Part shown: one piece after another, positions 36,761 through 49,140 of the stretch
How the letters are laid out: every line of letters starts with the position of its first letter
Position numbering within the stretch: position 1 is the stretch's first letter
Assembly: GCF_964355755.1 (NCBI RefSeq)
Contig: NC_092678.1
Location: 18,245,365-18,309,364 of the forward strand
Direction: 5' to 3'
Length of the DNA stretch: 64,000 nt
Origin: Antedon mediterranea
Taxonomy: Eukaryota > Animalia > Echinodermata
Notes under the pieces: generated by a model
Seen by the model: the letters and a program-made list of their open reading frames with translations, nothing else
The model's database searches: none
Told to the model about the DNA's origin: nothing
Position numbers and translations under genes: made by a program

Positions 36761-39253
36761 GATGATTGCACAATCACTATTGCACCACCTAATAGCATGT
36801 ACTGCCAAGTCATGGGCTTCAATTTAATGCAGCAATCGATTTATGTGTATTAATGTTTGGACGTTGATTTGTTTGTTTTTCATTTTTGTTTGGTCAGTTT
36901 AGTGAAGTTGTGAAATTAATAAATTAAAAAATTAAAACCAAAAAAAAAAACACACTTGAAAGGCAAAACAAATAGAATAATCATATTAACTTTTCAGCAA
37001 AAATACCGGGTTTTCCCCAATTTGTTTGTATTAACGGATTCCGCCAAAAACAGAAACGCATTTAATACAGCTACTAGACAACGTCAGACTAGGCCTATAG
37101 CTAGCGTACAATATTCGTGCGTTACCACTGTTTACCAGCTAGGCCTACAGAAACTAAAGCCTAGTTAGCCTTTAGATGAGAACATTCGATCTGAGCTACT
37201 TAGGTAGCGCATTGTTTTTCTCTTTTTTATCATAAAACATACATTTAAGACGAGGAATGACCTGGTTTATTGTTTTTTAAGTAATATGCATTATTTTTAC
37301 AAAACGTCAAACATTGTAGGGATAGTATATTCTTAGCAACTCGAGAAATAACAATTGTGAAAAATAAGTTAGCATTTAGCAGCCTTTTATTATTCTTTAG
37401 GATCTGCTAACCTGCAGTGTATGCCTCTTTTCTCTGCAATCTTTGTGATTCTATTTTCTTAATATTGAGTCTTCTATTTTTAAACACTGTTTATATATCA
37501 CTGTAATCCATCCCTGTGGATTCATACTGAAACTATGAATCAGCAAAATATTGTGCATGCTCAACAACATGGAATAAATCGTTTTAGTTTTAACTAAATT
37601 TAGAACAAACTGTGGTTTAGCCATTGCAATGAAGATCCATCAGATGTCGTTAGCATAACCAACTGCATGTGCTTCTCTTCTTTTGTGACCTAATTATGGG
37701 TAATTTTCTCGTAAATTTGTTGTGCACGCCCTTGGGTATGAAACCTAATGCAATTTGTTGCTTCAGTGGTTGTTTTTTAAAGCGGTGTGTGATGTACGTC
37801 TAATTGTTTCAATTAAGTTAGTATGAAGTTCGTGGTTTCTTGTGGTCTGTGCAAATGTTTTTTAACATACATTTGAATGATGATTTGAAAGAACATTTTT
37901 TGTTAATCATTCTGGCTTTTCTTTCTTTTTAATGTTGTTAATGATGTATTTTGTTCTTTTTTCCCTGTAAAAAAAAGTATCTATCTTAACAAATTCTTTG
38001 ATGGAATGTTTTTTATAAGTTATATTTTTTTGGCCATCAATGTTTTACAAAAAAAAAACAAGTTTATTAATGTATTGTCTTGTCAAAGAGAGAAAGCCAA
38101 TTGGAATTGAAGTCCTGTTTCGGCTGCGAAAAAATAACCGGTTAATAACCATTGTGAATAAATTTACCCCAATTTCTTGGAAGCAGAAACAGGACAACTG
38201 GTTATATGGCAGACTGAAAATAATGGTTAAAAACACCAAATTGATTTGGTGTTAGAACACCATTTAACAGGTTATCACTTTTATTTTTCATTTATACAAT
38301 GAAACTCCTCCTTTGGGATATCCCTAGTTAGAGGACATCCCTATTAAGAGGACACATGTGAATTGAATGAAGGGACAACTAAAACCAATCCCTATTTAGT
38401 CAGACACCCCTTTGTTGGGTTCTGAAAGTGTCCCAATAATAGGGGTTCTTTCTTAACCCTACACAACATCCCTACAAAGTCTAAACAAATTTACACCTTG
38501 AATAGAAACAATTCAAGGGTTAGTACTTAGTAGAAAATGCTACATTTGCATTCCATACCCCCCAGACTAGGGCATACTCCTATTGAGGGATGTGATGTCT
38601 CAAGAGTGAGTGGTTGACACTCTGTGATCCCATACAAACTTAACTGCCTACTAAACTCTTAAGGTCAATTGTACCTGATTTCCAAGCTGTGTAAAATGTA
38701 TTCAATCAGTATATATTAATTTTCTCTTCTTAAATGCTTCTTTCTTACTTTCTGTTTTTTCCTGTTGAATGTTGTAATGTCAAATGAAAGTTGATTTGAA
38801 CGTGCCGGTAACTTGTGAAAATAGGTATAATGACTTCCAGTTTAATAAAAGTTATACTATACAGTTTATTATAGAGTCCGTATTTATTATTTTCTCTTCA
38901 GTAATCTCTATGCTTGCACCAGTATAGACAATACCAAGCTGTCTTTGATTGCGGTGACCTCTACCATAGAGATATTATAGTTATTATAGTTCACTATAAT
39001 ATCTCTATGCCTCTACTTTTACCAGATTGTGCCGTAAAAAAATGGCCAAGAATTAAGGCAGAATTTTGGCCTTCGAAAATAATATTTTACAATATAACAT
39101 TGCTGTTCTGACATAGCCAGCCCCATCTATAACTACTCAGGCCTACGTAGAAACTTGTATGTCAGTCGGTTTTTATATCAAACTCGGTAAATTTAGTGGC
39201 GTTCACAGTGGCTACTTAGCCATCCTATTCACCAAATCCGCCACTGCCAGGAC

Positions 39254-40182
39254 GCGATTTTTTTTTTCGTTCATAAGTTGGGGACCCCCTCTTGAAACGT
39301 CACAAAATAAACATGAATAATTCATCAGTTAAATTTTCTTGTTCCGTGTGCACCCAAGCGTATAGCAAAAAGAAGTGAGCACACAAGTGCGGTACGATTC
39401 TAGGCCTATCTCCGCTGTTGTTGCGGCGTGCGATTTCATAGAAGATAGCAGCGTTTGGTGTGGATTGTCGAAATAATCAGCCTTTAGTTTATGGTGTTTT
39501 TAATATAATTTATTACTAAAGAATTACGTGTTAAAATTCTAGTTTCTATTAATACTATTAGGCCTAATTATTAGTCTCTAAACCCATGTGTGTCTATTCT
39601 AGTAGTAGCTCTGTGGGTGTGTGTGACGTGTGTGTGTTAGGTATGACCAAAGATAGTTATCTTTGGTATGACACAATCCGAGTAATAAGTCAGCAAAATT
39701 AAACAATAAACATTACACAAAAATACATTTTTTATTCTCGTGGGTCAAATCTTCCCATCTCATGTGTTCATATACGGGCATTTTTAAAGTTCCTTTGAGT
39801 ACATGCATATTGTTTGATAATAAAATAGCAGAATTAAAAAAATACAGTACACAAATTATACACATTCTTTATTCTTGTGGGTCATAAGCTTTATTTGGGC
39901 TATGTCCAATGAATTACTACTTAGTTTAATGTCTTGCCTAGCTGTTGATTAGCCTCGACTCGACACATTTTGTGTGAAGAAGAGTGCGCGAAGGCAATCA
40001 CGTGAATTGACTTAGAATCCTAGGCCTACTGTAGAAAGTATCGTATCACAGTTGTGTAATCACTTCTTGTTGCTATACGCTTGGGTGCACACGGAACAAC
40101 AAATTTAACTGATGAATTATTCATGTTTATTTTGTGACGTTTCATGAGGGGTCCCCAACTTATGTACGAAAAAAAAAATCGC
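39254..40182. mobile_element. Non-autonomous Mutator/MULE-like element
   Basis: ~125-bp TIRs starting gcgattttttttttcg; perfect 9-bp TSD tgccaggac (39245-39253 and 40183-40191). Confidence 0.85.
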
Positions 40183-40738
40183 TGCCAGGACATGGTACTT
40201 TCTAGTTTCTAGACCATTGTTTGTACCTGAGTAATTCATACAGATTTTCTTTATCGTAGTTTTACCAATATTTATGAGATTTTACCAAGATGTTCTATTG
40301 GTCAGGCAGTGTTTGGTAAATTGCCCATCCATTTGTTAATTTAAATTTTGTAGCCAATGTTCAGATTATCAATTTACTAGCTGACAATTCTGTTAGATTG
40401 ACAAAGTCCAGTGCGATCAAGGTTTTAGGTGATTAGCTAGATATTAAAAGATATACAGATGCATTATTCCCATGGTTCTAGTCCAGTACTTATTCATTGC
40501 CAATATGAATTTTGATATTCCAACAAAATACAAACCAATTTCAAGGTTGATTAAATTAGTTTTTGCTGATGAATTTGACAACTGCAGATGCTATAATTTT
40601 AATTTAATTAATTTTGTTATTAGGAACATTTTCATGAGGTTATTTAGTTTTAATGTTTTTAGTAGTAACTAATTGTATGTGTTGTGTAACCTATTTTTTA
40701 TTTATTCTCAAGGAACATCCCTATTAAGAGAGGTAATA

Positions 40739-41225
40739 CAGTCGACTCCGCCTAAGTCGAATATAATGGGACTAGTATAAAAATTCGAGTTATGCAAACT
40801 TCGACTTACAGATTTGTAATAAAAATGCTAGGCCTAGACCTAGGTTCACTCACTAGCCGCGCTAAGGCTAGGCCTAGGCTAGTAGACCCTGTCGCGATCG
40901 CGGCCCACAAGCCTTCTTGAATTGAGTTTGCTTAGCTGGCTAGGCCTAATAAATGCTAAGCCTCCTTTATCAGCAAAGACAACTATATTTTTTTTATGGT
41001 TTAAGCCGTAACAATAAGAAAACGTGTAATAAATACATTTCGTTCTTATTCGAAATCGGTATCCATTATTTATTGCCAAAGACGTCGACTTAGACGAATT
41101 TCAACTTAAATAATTCGACTTACTAATAAAAATTACACAGTAATGAATAGGAAAGAATTGGGACTTTCAGAAAAATTCGACTTTTGCAATTTTTCGACTT
41201 ACGCGAATTTGACTTAGTCGACTGT
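40739..41225. mobile_element. Tc1/mariner (Tigger-like) MITE; internal part duplicated at ~42232-42375
   Basis: ta|cagtcgact ... agtcgactg|ta with ttcgactt subrepeats. Confidence 0.8.
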
Positions 41226-41315
41226 ATATGTTTTAATATTTCAGCTAATCCTTATTAATGAGACACATTGTTGTTTCATCTCATTAAGAAATTGACCGTA
41301 TACAGGCCTAGTTAA

Positions 41316-41660
41316 AGATATATTGTCTCCCTAAAAAAATATTTTATTTAAATTTTTTTGTTGAATATGTTATTTTAATGTCACATAATAGTTATTCACT
41401 CTCACAAAAAATTGGGTCTGAAAAAAATTTATTTACCTGAGAAAAATGTAATTTAAAGCAAAAAATGGTCAAATTGTCTGGAAGACAATGAGTTTTTGGG
41501 TAATTTAACTGTTTATTTTGTCTTTTTATAGGTGAAATAATTTTTTCCCCCGTTTTTTTTCTTATGGAAGTGAACAACTTCATTAAAACTGCAAAATGGC
41601 CTATTCAAAGTCCGATTTTAAAAATCTAAATTTTTCATGATTTTGGGGGACAATACATCT
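41316..41660. mobile_element. Kolobok-like MITE; partial copies at ~31780-32058 and ~49560-49850
   Basis: ttaa|agatatattgtctcc ... ggggacaatacatct|ttaa. Confidence 0.75.
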
Positions 41661-42906
41661 TTAAATGTGCTTTTTTATACACACTGTAATGTTGTTACAT
41701 AATTACGTGGTGGATGAGAATTGCCAAGGTAAATTTTATGTACAAACAGATGTGGTAAAAACAATTTAATGGACATGTACATTGTTTTTAGACATAATAA
41801 TTGTGCCAAGTTTTATTTTTAAAACTGTCTTTCATGCCAAGTAGGTTAACATTGTCACTATTTAAAGTTTATTTAACTTTGTCAACTTTTTTGTCACCAT
41901 ATGCTTTTGTGATATGCCGTACATAAGTGCCACTTTATAACTTTTTGTAGCTTGAGTGTACATCATTTACTTATTCACTTAAATACTCAAATTTAACATG
42001 ATTCTTCCATACAAACCTGTTCATTTGGTACACTTGTCTTTCTCTAAGGTGTCAATGTAAATGTATATATGTACTGTGCAAAATCATTTTCGTTTCCCAT
42101 GTTCTAGCTGCCAACAGTGACGGATCGAGGATTTGCCATTTTTAGGCCATGGCCCCCTATTTCAAAATCCTGGTTCCGCCACTGTTGGCAGCAAGAACAC
42201 GGGAAAAGAAAATGATATAAATGGCAAATTTTAGGCCTAGGCTAGTAGACCCTGTCGCGATCGCAGCCCACAAGATGAGCCTTCTTGAATTGAGTTTGCT
42301 TAGCTGGCTAGGCCTAATAAATGCTAAGCCTCCTTTATCAGCAATGACAACTATATTTTTTTTATGGTTTAAGCCTAACTGAAATTAGTGTCCTATCCTA
42401 TTATTAGTGTCCTGTCTTTTGCATTACAATTAGCAAAGTTTAGGGGGAACCCGGACATCCCCCACCTTCCCCCCCCCCTCTTGAAAATGGAACATAAACC
42501 CCCAGTATCCACCCTAAGGTGTCCCCTAAATAGTGGTTGAATTGTAATAACTTTTAAATTAAAAAAATATTCAACTTTTGGTGAAGGATAAATGTTAAAT
42601 TAGTGACATTATCTTTTAATTTCAAGTGACAACCTACAAGGCCATTACCAGCTGTCAGTGACAATATCCTGTAATAAAACTACAATCATCTTTCCAAGAA
42701 TTATGTAACAAATCTTATCAAAACATACACATCTCGGACAATATTTTTTACATAGTTTTGCCAAAAATGTCAACCACCCATAAAATGTCAACTCTTTAAA
42801 GCCAATTGCCTGAAATGTTAAATCCTTTTTAATATTGTTGGCTCCTGTATTTGACATTAATAATTGTACAGTATGCTACCATTTGCCATTTCAGCAGTCT
42901 TGATTT

Positions 42907-43685
42907 TTAGTCGCGTGGAAGCGACTCTATAGTTCACTATGTCGGTCGGTCAGTCTGTCTGTCTGTCTGTCTGTCGGTCCGGTATCACTATGCATTTTAT
43001 CGCTTTCTGACCTTATCTTGATATCAGTTTAATCTAGCTAGGTCAATTTTTCACAGTATATTCCTTATGGCCAGGAATCAATGTGGTAATGTTTTCACGG
43101 TGCGCAATAAAAAATTATGCGGTCTACGCACGATTTAACGAAATCACGTTTGTAATCATATCTTCACAACCATGAATCACAATTAAATAAAATTTGGTAC
43201 TCATAAATTTCAGGGCATAAATCATCATATGGCAATACAATTACGTGCGTAGCGCATGTAACGCATGCGTACGCGCGCTTAACATTTTCAAAATTTATTT
43301 TCGATGAAATAAGAGTACATTTCAGGCAATTTTAAGCGTTTACAAAATTGCCATGAGTGCGCATATTTTTGCGTGCGCACTGCGCGTTAAATGTTATTAC
43401 GCACTCTTTTTGCCCGATTTCTGTTTTCTTGACTTACTTTTCAACTCGAAATTACGTTATACGAGCACGTCGAAAGTGACAGGCTACGCACGTGTAAATT
43501 AAAAAAATATAAATGTTTTTAAACATTTCAACATTTTTAAACATGTTCAGTAATTTCGGTCAGTATAGTTCACTATGTCGGTCGGTCTGTATGTCTGTCG
43601 GTCTGTCTGTCGGTCTATCGGTCTGTATGTCGGTCCGGTATCACTATGCATTGTAGCACGCGACTTAATGGCTGTTGGCCTTGTT
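42907..43685 (+). mobile_element. Helentron-associated (HINE/DINE-1-like) element
   Basis: T-run flanks, subTIR agtcgcgtg/cacgcgact, 5' partial inverted repeat, two (gtct/gtcg)n microsatellite cores, 3' hairpin ggctgttggcc then ttgtt. Confidence 0.75.
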
Positions 43686-44307
43686 TTAGTATATACCCAT
43701 ACGGTAGTAATAGTAATTTTTAATGCGTCATTCTGACATGGCCACATGTTTATGATGAATGTTTAAATCTGTTAACACTAGAAAAAGTTTGCATGATGAA
43801 TAAGTATTAGTAAAGCTCACAGAAAAAAAAATTATTGCACTACATCAACAAAAAAATTATGCTCTTCCAGCTTCACCACTGTCAAAATTAGGTATGGTTA
43901 TTATCAATTTCATAATACACAATAGAAATGTTAAATTGGGAGCTATATATCTTATTAATAAATGAGACTTTACCTAAATCTGTGTTCAAGTTTCATTCTG
44001 TAGACCAATAAGCGATAAAAATAAATGTAAATCAATTAAATCATTTAAAAATATTGTTAATACTATAATTGTTAGTAAACTTGAATAAAGTGGGTTAATA
44101 ATTCCCCTGGGTAAATGTACCCTACTTAATATTCATGTGACCTATATCCATTAAAAGGAAATAGGATAATCCTAAAAGTACCCACTTCCCATGTAAACAA
44201 ATTATTATTCTATTAACATTTTTCAGCTATATTTAATTTTTTTTAGTAAATAAGTTAGACCTACGGAATGATACCGAAGAGTAATAAAGGACTGTTAAAG
44301 GACTTTT

Positions 44308-45362
44308 GTGGTTTGCCACAACATGGAACCATTCCCCTGATTTCAAGGTCTTATGGAATGCCACAACATGGAACCATTCCCTGATTTTATGGTCTTATGG
44401 AATGCCACAACATGGAACCATTCCCTAATTTTATGGTCTTATGGAATGCCACAACATGGGACCATTCCCTGATTTCAAGGTCTTATGGAATGTCACAACA
44501 TGAAACCATTCATTGATTTCAAGGTCTTATGGAATGCCACAGCATGGAACCATTCCCTGATTTCAAGGTCTTATGGAATGCCACAACATGGAACCATTCC
44601 CTGATTTCAAGATCTTATGGAATGCCACAACATGGAGCAATTCCTTGATTTCAAGGTCTTATGGATTGCCAAAAAATGAAACCATTCCCTGATTTCAAGG
44701 TCTTATGGATTGCCACAACATGGAACAATTCCTTTATTTCAAGGTCTTATGGAATGCCACAACATGGAACCATTTCCTGATTTTAAGGTCTTATGAATTG
44801 CCACAACATGGGACCATTCCCTGATTTCAAGGTCTTATGGAATGCCAAAACATGGAACCATTCCTTGATTTCAAGGTCTTATGGATTGCCACAACATGGA
44901 CCCATTCCCTGATTTTAAGGTCTTATGGATTGCTGCCACAATATGGAACCATTCCCTGATTTCAAGGTCGTATGGAATGCCAAAACATGGAACCATTCCC
45001 TCATTTCAAGGTCTTTATGGATTGCCACAACATGGAACCATTCCCTGATTTCAAGGTCTTATGGAATGCCAAAACATGGAACCATTCCCTGATTTCAAGG
45101 TCTTTATGGATTGCCACAACATGGAACCATTCCCTGATTTCAAGGTCTTATGGAATGCCAAAACATGGAACCATTCCCTGATTTCAAGGTCTTATGGATT
45201 GCCAAAACATGGAACCATTCCCTGATTTCAATGTCTTATGTATTGCCATAACATGGAACCATTCCCTGATTACAAGGTCTTATGAGATGCCACAACATGG
45301 GACAATTCCTTGATTTCAAGGTCGTAAGGAATGCCAAACATGGAACCATTCCCTGATTTAAG
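44308..45362. repeat. 44-bp satellite, ~24 copies (atggaatgccacaacatggaaccattccctgatttcaaggtctt); orphan monomer at ~49778-49810
   Basis: Head-to-tail copies with no unique spacers. Confidence 0.95.
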
Positions 45363-46375
45363 GTATTATATAGACATTAGGCGCAGGAGCCCCGGATAGC
45401 GTTACGTTTGAAAACCCCAAAAAGTGAGGTTTTCAACCATTAGCGGCATGACTGATGTGAGTGATTAATGTGTTTTACGGACGGTTTCAAGGACTATCCT
45501 ACCAGTGGGCTGTTCACTGGTCAAATGATTGACACTTTGTATCACCGTTTGTAACTGGAGCTGTGACGACCTTTGTAGCTGGAGCTGTGACGACCTTGCA
45601 AGAATACTAGGCCAGAATTTTTAATTGAAAAGTGCCTTGGTATTAACAATAACATGGAGATAGAAACAAATTTGTCTATCTTTCTTTCTAAAATAAATGG
45701 TCACTATAGTTTCAAACTAGGCTTAGTCCACCACATTAGTAATTACGAATCGAAACCTAAATTAAAATTGTTGGTATTCTTTGGCCGTTGTTTGATTAAT
45801 TACATCTTCATGCCATGTTTTTTTTTCTCTAATGATTTGGCGATACGCTCTTATATTAATTAGGCCTACTAGCAGAGGGTTCGATGAGTTTTGAAAAGTT
45901 ATGGAAATGTGGTCTAACATATAGCAATTCAGTTTTTTAAAGCCCTTCTTCCTTGTCCGAGCCTTTGGAAATATTAAAAAGTTATATTAATATAATATAT
46001 TCTGTGTTTTCATGTTTTGAGAAATTGTATATCATTTCAGATGTTTCGCGCTGCGCTTTTATTTGTTTCGCGCTTCGTCTTGTTCGAGCTTCCTCCGTAC
46101 ATACCGATAATTAATATGATTTTTCATTTCATTTTTTGTACATTATTAAAAAATAGCATACAGAACCCCATACAGAACATACCCTTCTCTGAGAAAACAC
46201 TTGTGGGCGATTCCCCGAATACGGCATGATGGAATAGCTTTGGAGACTTTGACTTTGGAGTAGGGCTAAATCGAAAAACGTCAAGCAACTCAACAGTTCT
46301 TTTCAGAACTAATATAGGCCTACGTGGTGTACCGCAAATTTATATCAACAAATATGTAACTTGTTTAGCACGTTT

Positions 46376-47690
46376 AAAATGGATAGCAAAACCTGAATTA
46401 TTTCAAACAGACAGCACATTAGTTCAAACGGATAGCACAATAGATAGCTCAATCAAATGGATATAACTATGATATAACTGTACTGTGCATTCTATACGGA
46501 TTATCGGGTAGCACATTCTTTCAAATGGATAGCACATTCTTTCAAATGTATAGCACATTCTTTCAAATGGATAGCACATTATTTCAAATGGATAGCACAT
46601 TAGGTAGCACAATCAAATGGATATAGTACTGTACATTATTCTATGATTATCGGGTAGCACATTCTTTCAAATGGATAGCACATTAGGCCTATTTCAAATG
46701 GATAGCACATTCTTTCAAATGGATAGCACATTATTTCAAATGGATAGCACATTATTTCAAATGGATAGCACATTATTTCAAATGGATAGCACATTGGGTA
46801 GCACAATCAAATAGATATAGTACTGTACATTATTCTATAAGGATTATCGGGTAGCACAATATTTTCAAATGGATATAGCACATTAGGTAGCACAGTCAAA
46901 TGGAAATATAGTACTGTACATTATTCTATACGGATTATCGGGTAGCACATTCTTTCAAATGGATAGCAAATTATTTCAAATGGATAGCACATTCTTTCAA
47001 ATGGATAGCACATTATTTCAAATGGATAGCACATTATTTCAAATGGATAGCACATTAGGTAGCACAATCAAATGGATGTAATTGTACTGTAAATTATTCT
47101 ATACGGATTATCGGGTAGCACATTCTTTCAAATAGCACATAATTTCAAATGGATAGCACATTATTTCAAATGGATAGCACATTGGGTAGCACAATCAAAT
47201 GGATAGTACTGTACATTATTCTATAAGGATTATCGGGTAGCACATTATTTCAAATGGATAGCACATTAGGTAGCACAATCAAATGGATATAGTACTGTAC
47301 ATTATTCTATACGGATTATCGGGTAGCACATTCTTTCAAATGGATAGCACATTCTTTCAAATGGATAGCACATTGGGTAGCACAATCAAATGGATATAGT
47401 ACTGTACTGTACATTATTCTATACGGATTATCGGGTAGCACATTCTTTCAAATGGATAGCACATTCTTTCAAATGGATAGCACATTATTTCAAATGGATA
47501 GCACATTAGGTAGCACAATCAAATGGATATATGTAATTGTACTGTACATTATTCTATACGGATTATCGGGTAGCACATTCTTTCAAATGGATAGCAAATT
47601 ATTTCAAATGGATAGCATGGATTTGGGTAGCACAATCAAATTGAGCACATTGGGTAACACATTGCATCAAATGGGAGCCTACTGTACAGT
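46376..47690. repeat. Higher-order minisatellite: runs of a 21-bp unit (aaatggatagcacattatttc) punctuated by a ~70-bp related unit
   Basis: Visible tandem structure; explains the FERMCYP and QMDSTLF ORFs. Confidence 0.93.
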
Positions 47691-47697
47691 TATTCTA

Positions 47698-47862
47698 TTG
47701 AATTGAATTGAAATATATATTTATACTGGGTAACCTCTTCAGTCAAAGACTGGTCTCCCATAGGGCCCAGTTGGTGATCAGTGGCTGTGATAATACACCG
47801 GGGTAACCCCCCACTCGTCTCAAAAGATGTACTAGGTTCTTTAAAGTACACACGAGCTAGAT
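47698..47862 (-). mobile_element. 3' fragment of a Deu-domain SINE
   Basis: - strand tttaaagaacctagtaca...gagtggggggttaccccggtgt, ending in a (ttcaa)n tail. Confidence 0.55.
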
Positions 47863-48817
47863 GTGTATTCTATTATCGGGTGTAGCACATTAAAATTGAG
47901 AGGATAAGATGGACATCATAATTTATTATTAAGGGGCAAAACAGCAAATCCTTACTGAGGGGACACTCCTATAAAGCGGACATTAAGGGGACGGGGAACA
48001 TTTAAGCTCAGTGCCAATGTTCACTCAATATATTTTCCATCACAAAATAACAAAAAAGACGAAATATTTATATCCATTTATCGCTATTAAATAAAAATGG
48101 ATATCATGATTATTATGATACTTTGTTTGTCTTGAAAGTTTTCATTGGAATGGTGAAACGTTGCCTGCTACATTTTGAATTTCCGAGTCCCAGATCAGTA
48201 TTGGTATTGTTTTTCCGTTATCTATTCTAACTAATGAAACAATTTTTAGAAAATGATATATCTGATAGATATCATCTAAGTGATGTTTTACATATAAGTT
48301 ATAACGTTTAACTTTTCATTCTCCATACATTCAATTCTTTTAATATAGTTCTTGTATAAACACCATATCAAGTAGTAGTAGAAATTATTGTAGGGTTTTC
48401 TTATTATTCAGTCAATTCAGTGTTTCTATACAGAAAAGAGTAGTCAGTGGCCTTAACATCAATTAATTGTATAATTTGCACCCAAGGTCGAATAGCAAGA
48501 AACTCAGGTCCAGTTACATTGGTGTTCATTGGTCAATAGGAAATGAACAGCACACTTATGGGTGGTGACAAAGTTTAGTTATTGATAAGTTGTCCTTGGG
48601 AAAAACACATTAGTTGGGTTGACCATGGGCTGACAGAGTTAACACTTCGTAACGCTATCCGGGGCTCCTGCGCCTAATGACCTTATCCTCACTCTGTTTC
48701 CAGTCAATGTAATGTTTTCTAGTCCTTTCTGGACCTCCAACAAAAGTTTTACAATTTACATGCATACAATACTGACACGTATCAATTTAAATGTCTGTGC
48801 ATTCTCTTTATGTAGAT

Positions 48818-49140
48818 TTATACGGCCATACTGTGTTGAAACACCGGTTCTCGTCAGATCACCGAAGTTAAGCAACGTTGGGCCCGGTTGCGTTCTGGAT
48901 GGGAGACCGTCTAGAAATCGTGGCGGGTGCTGTATATACTGGAGAGTGATGGTGTAATGGTAATATCGGACTAGCATGTGATAGGCATGGGTTCGAGGTT
49001 ATCTGTACCATACTAATTGCATCCTTAGGCAAGATGCTTTACTCTCATTGCCTAATCTGGTAGGCGCTGCACTGCTGGCTGCCGTGGGTCCGTGGAGGGC
49101 CTAATCCTAATTTCCTCACTGAGGACAAATATTAATACAA
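48818..49140 (+). mobile_element. SINE with a full 5S rRNA-derived head followed by a tRNA-like segment; Deu domain deleted in this copy
   Basis: tacggccatac..gttctcgtcagatcaccgaagttaagcaac..ggatgggagacc..ggtgctgta (5S-like); then A box tggtgtaatgg, ggttcga, ccttaggcaag core; tail shared with 20702-20803. Confidence 0.85.

Larger units (their letters stand above)
45375..48679. mobile_element. 3.3-kb segment bounded by perfect 32-bp inverted repeats (CAT..ATG, P-like), no TSD
   Basis: cattaggcgcaggagccccggatagcgttacg at 45375-45406 and its exact reverse complement ending at 48679. Confidence 0.65.

Noticed and set aside
44308-45362. CRISPR-like array
   Set aside because: 44-bp units are head-to-tail with no unique spacers, no cas genes, and the context is eukaryotic
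48818-48940. Functional 5S rRNA gene
   Set aside because: Diverged internal and terminal segments, no oligo-T terminator, and fused to the same tRNA-like and tail sequence at two loci, so it is a SINE head
49050-49115. HDV-like ribozyme in the SINE tail
   Set aside because: Could not build the P1/P2/P3 nested pseudoknot
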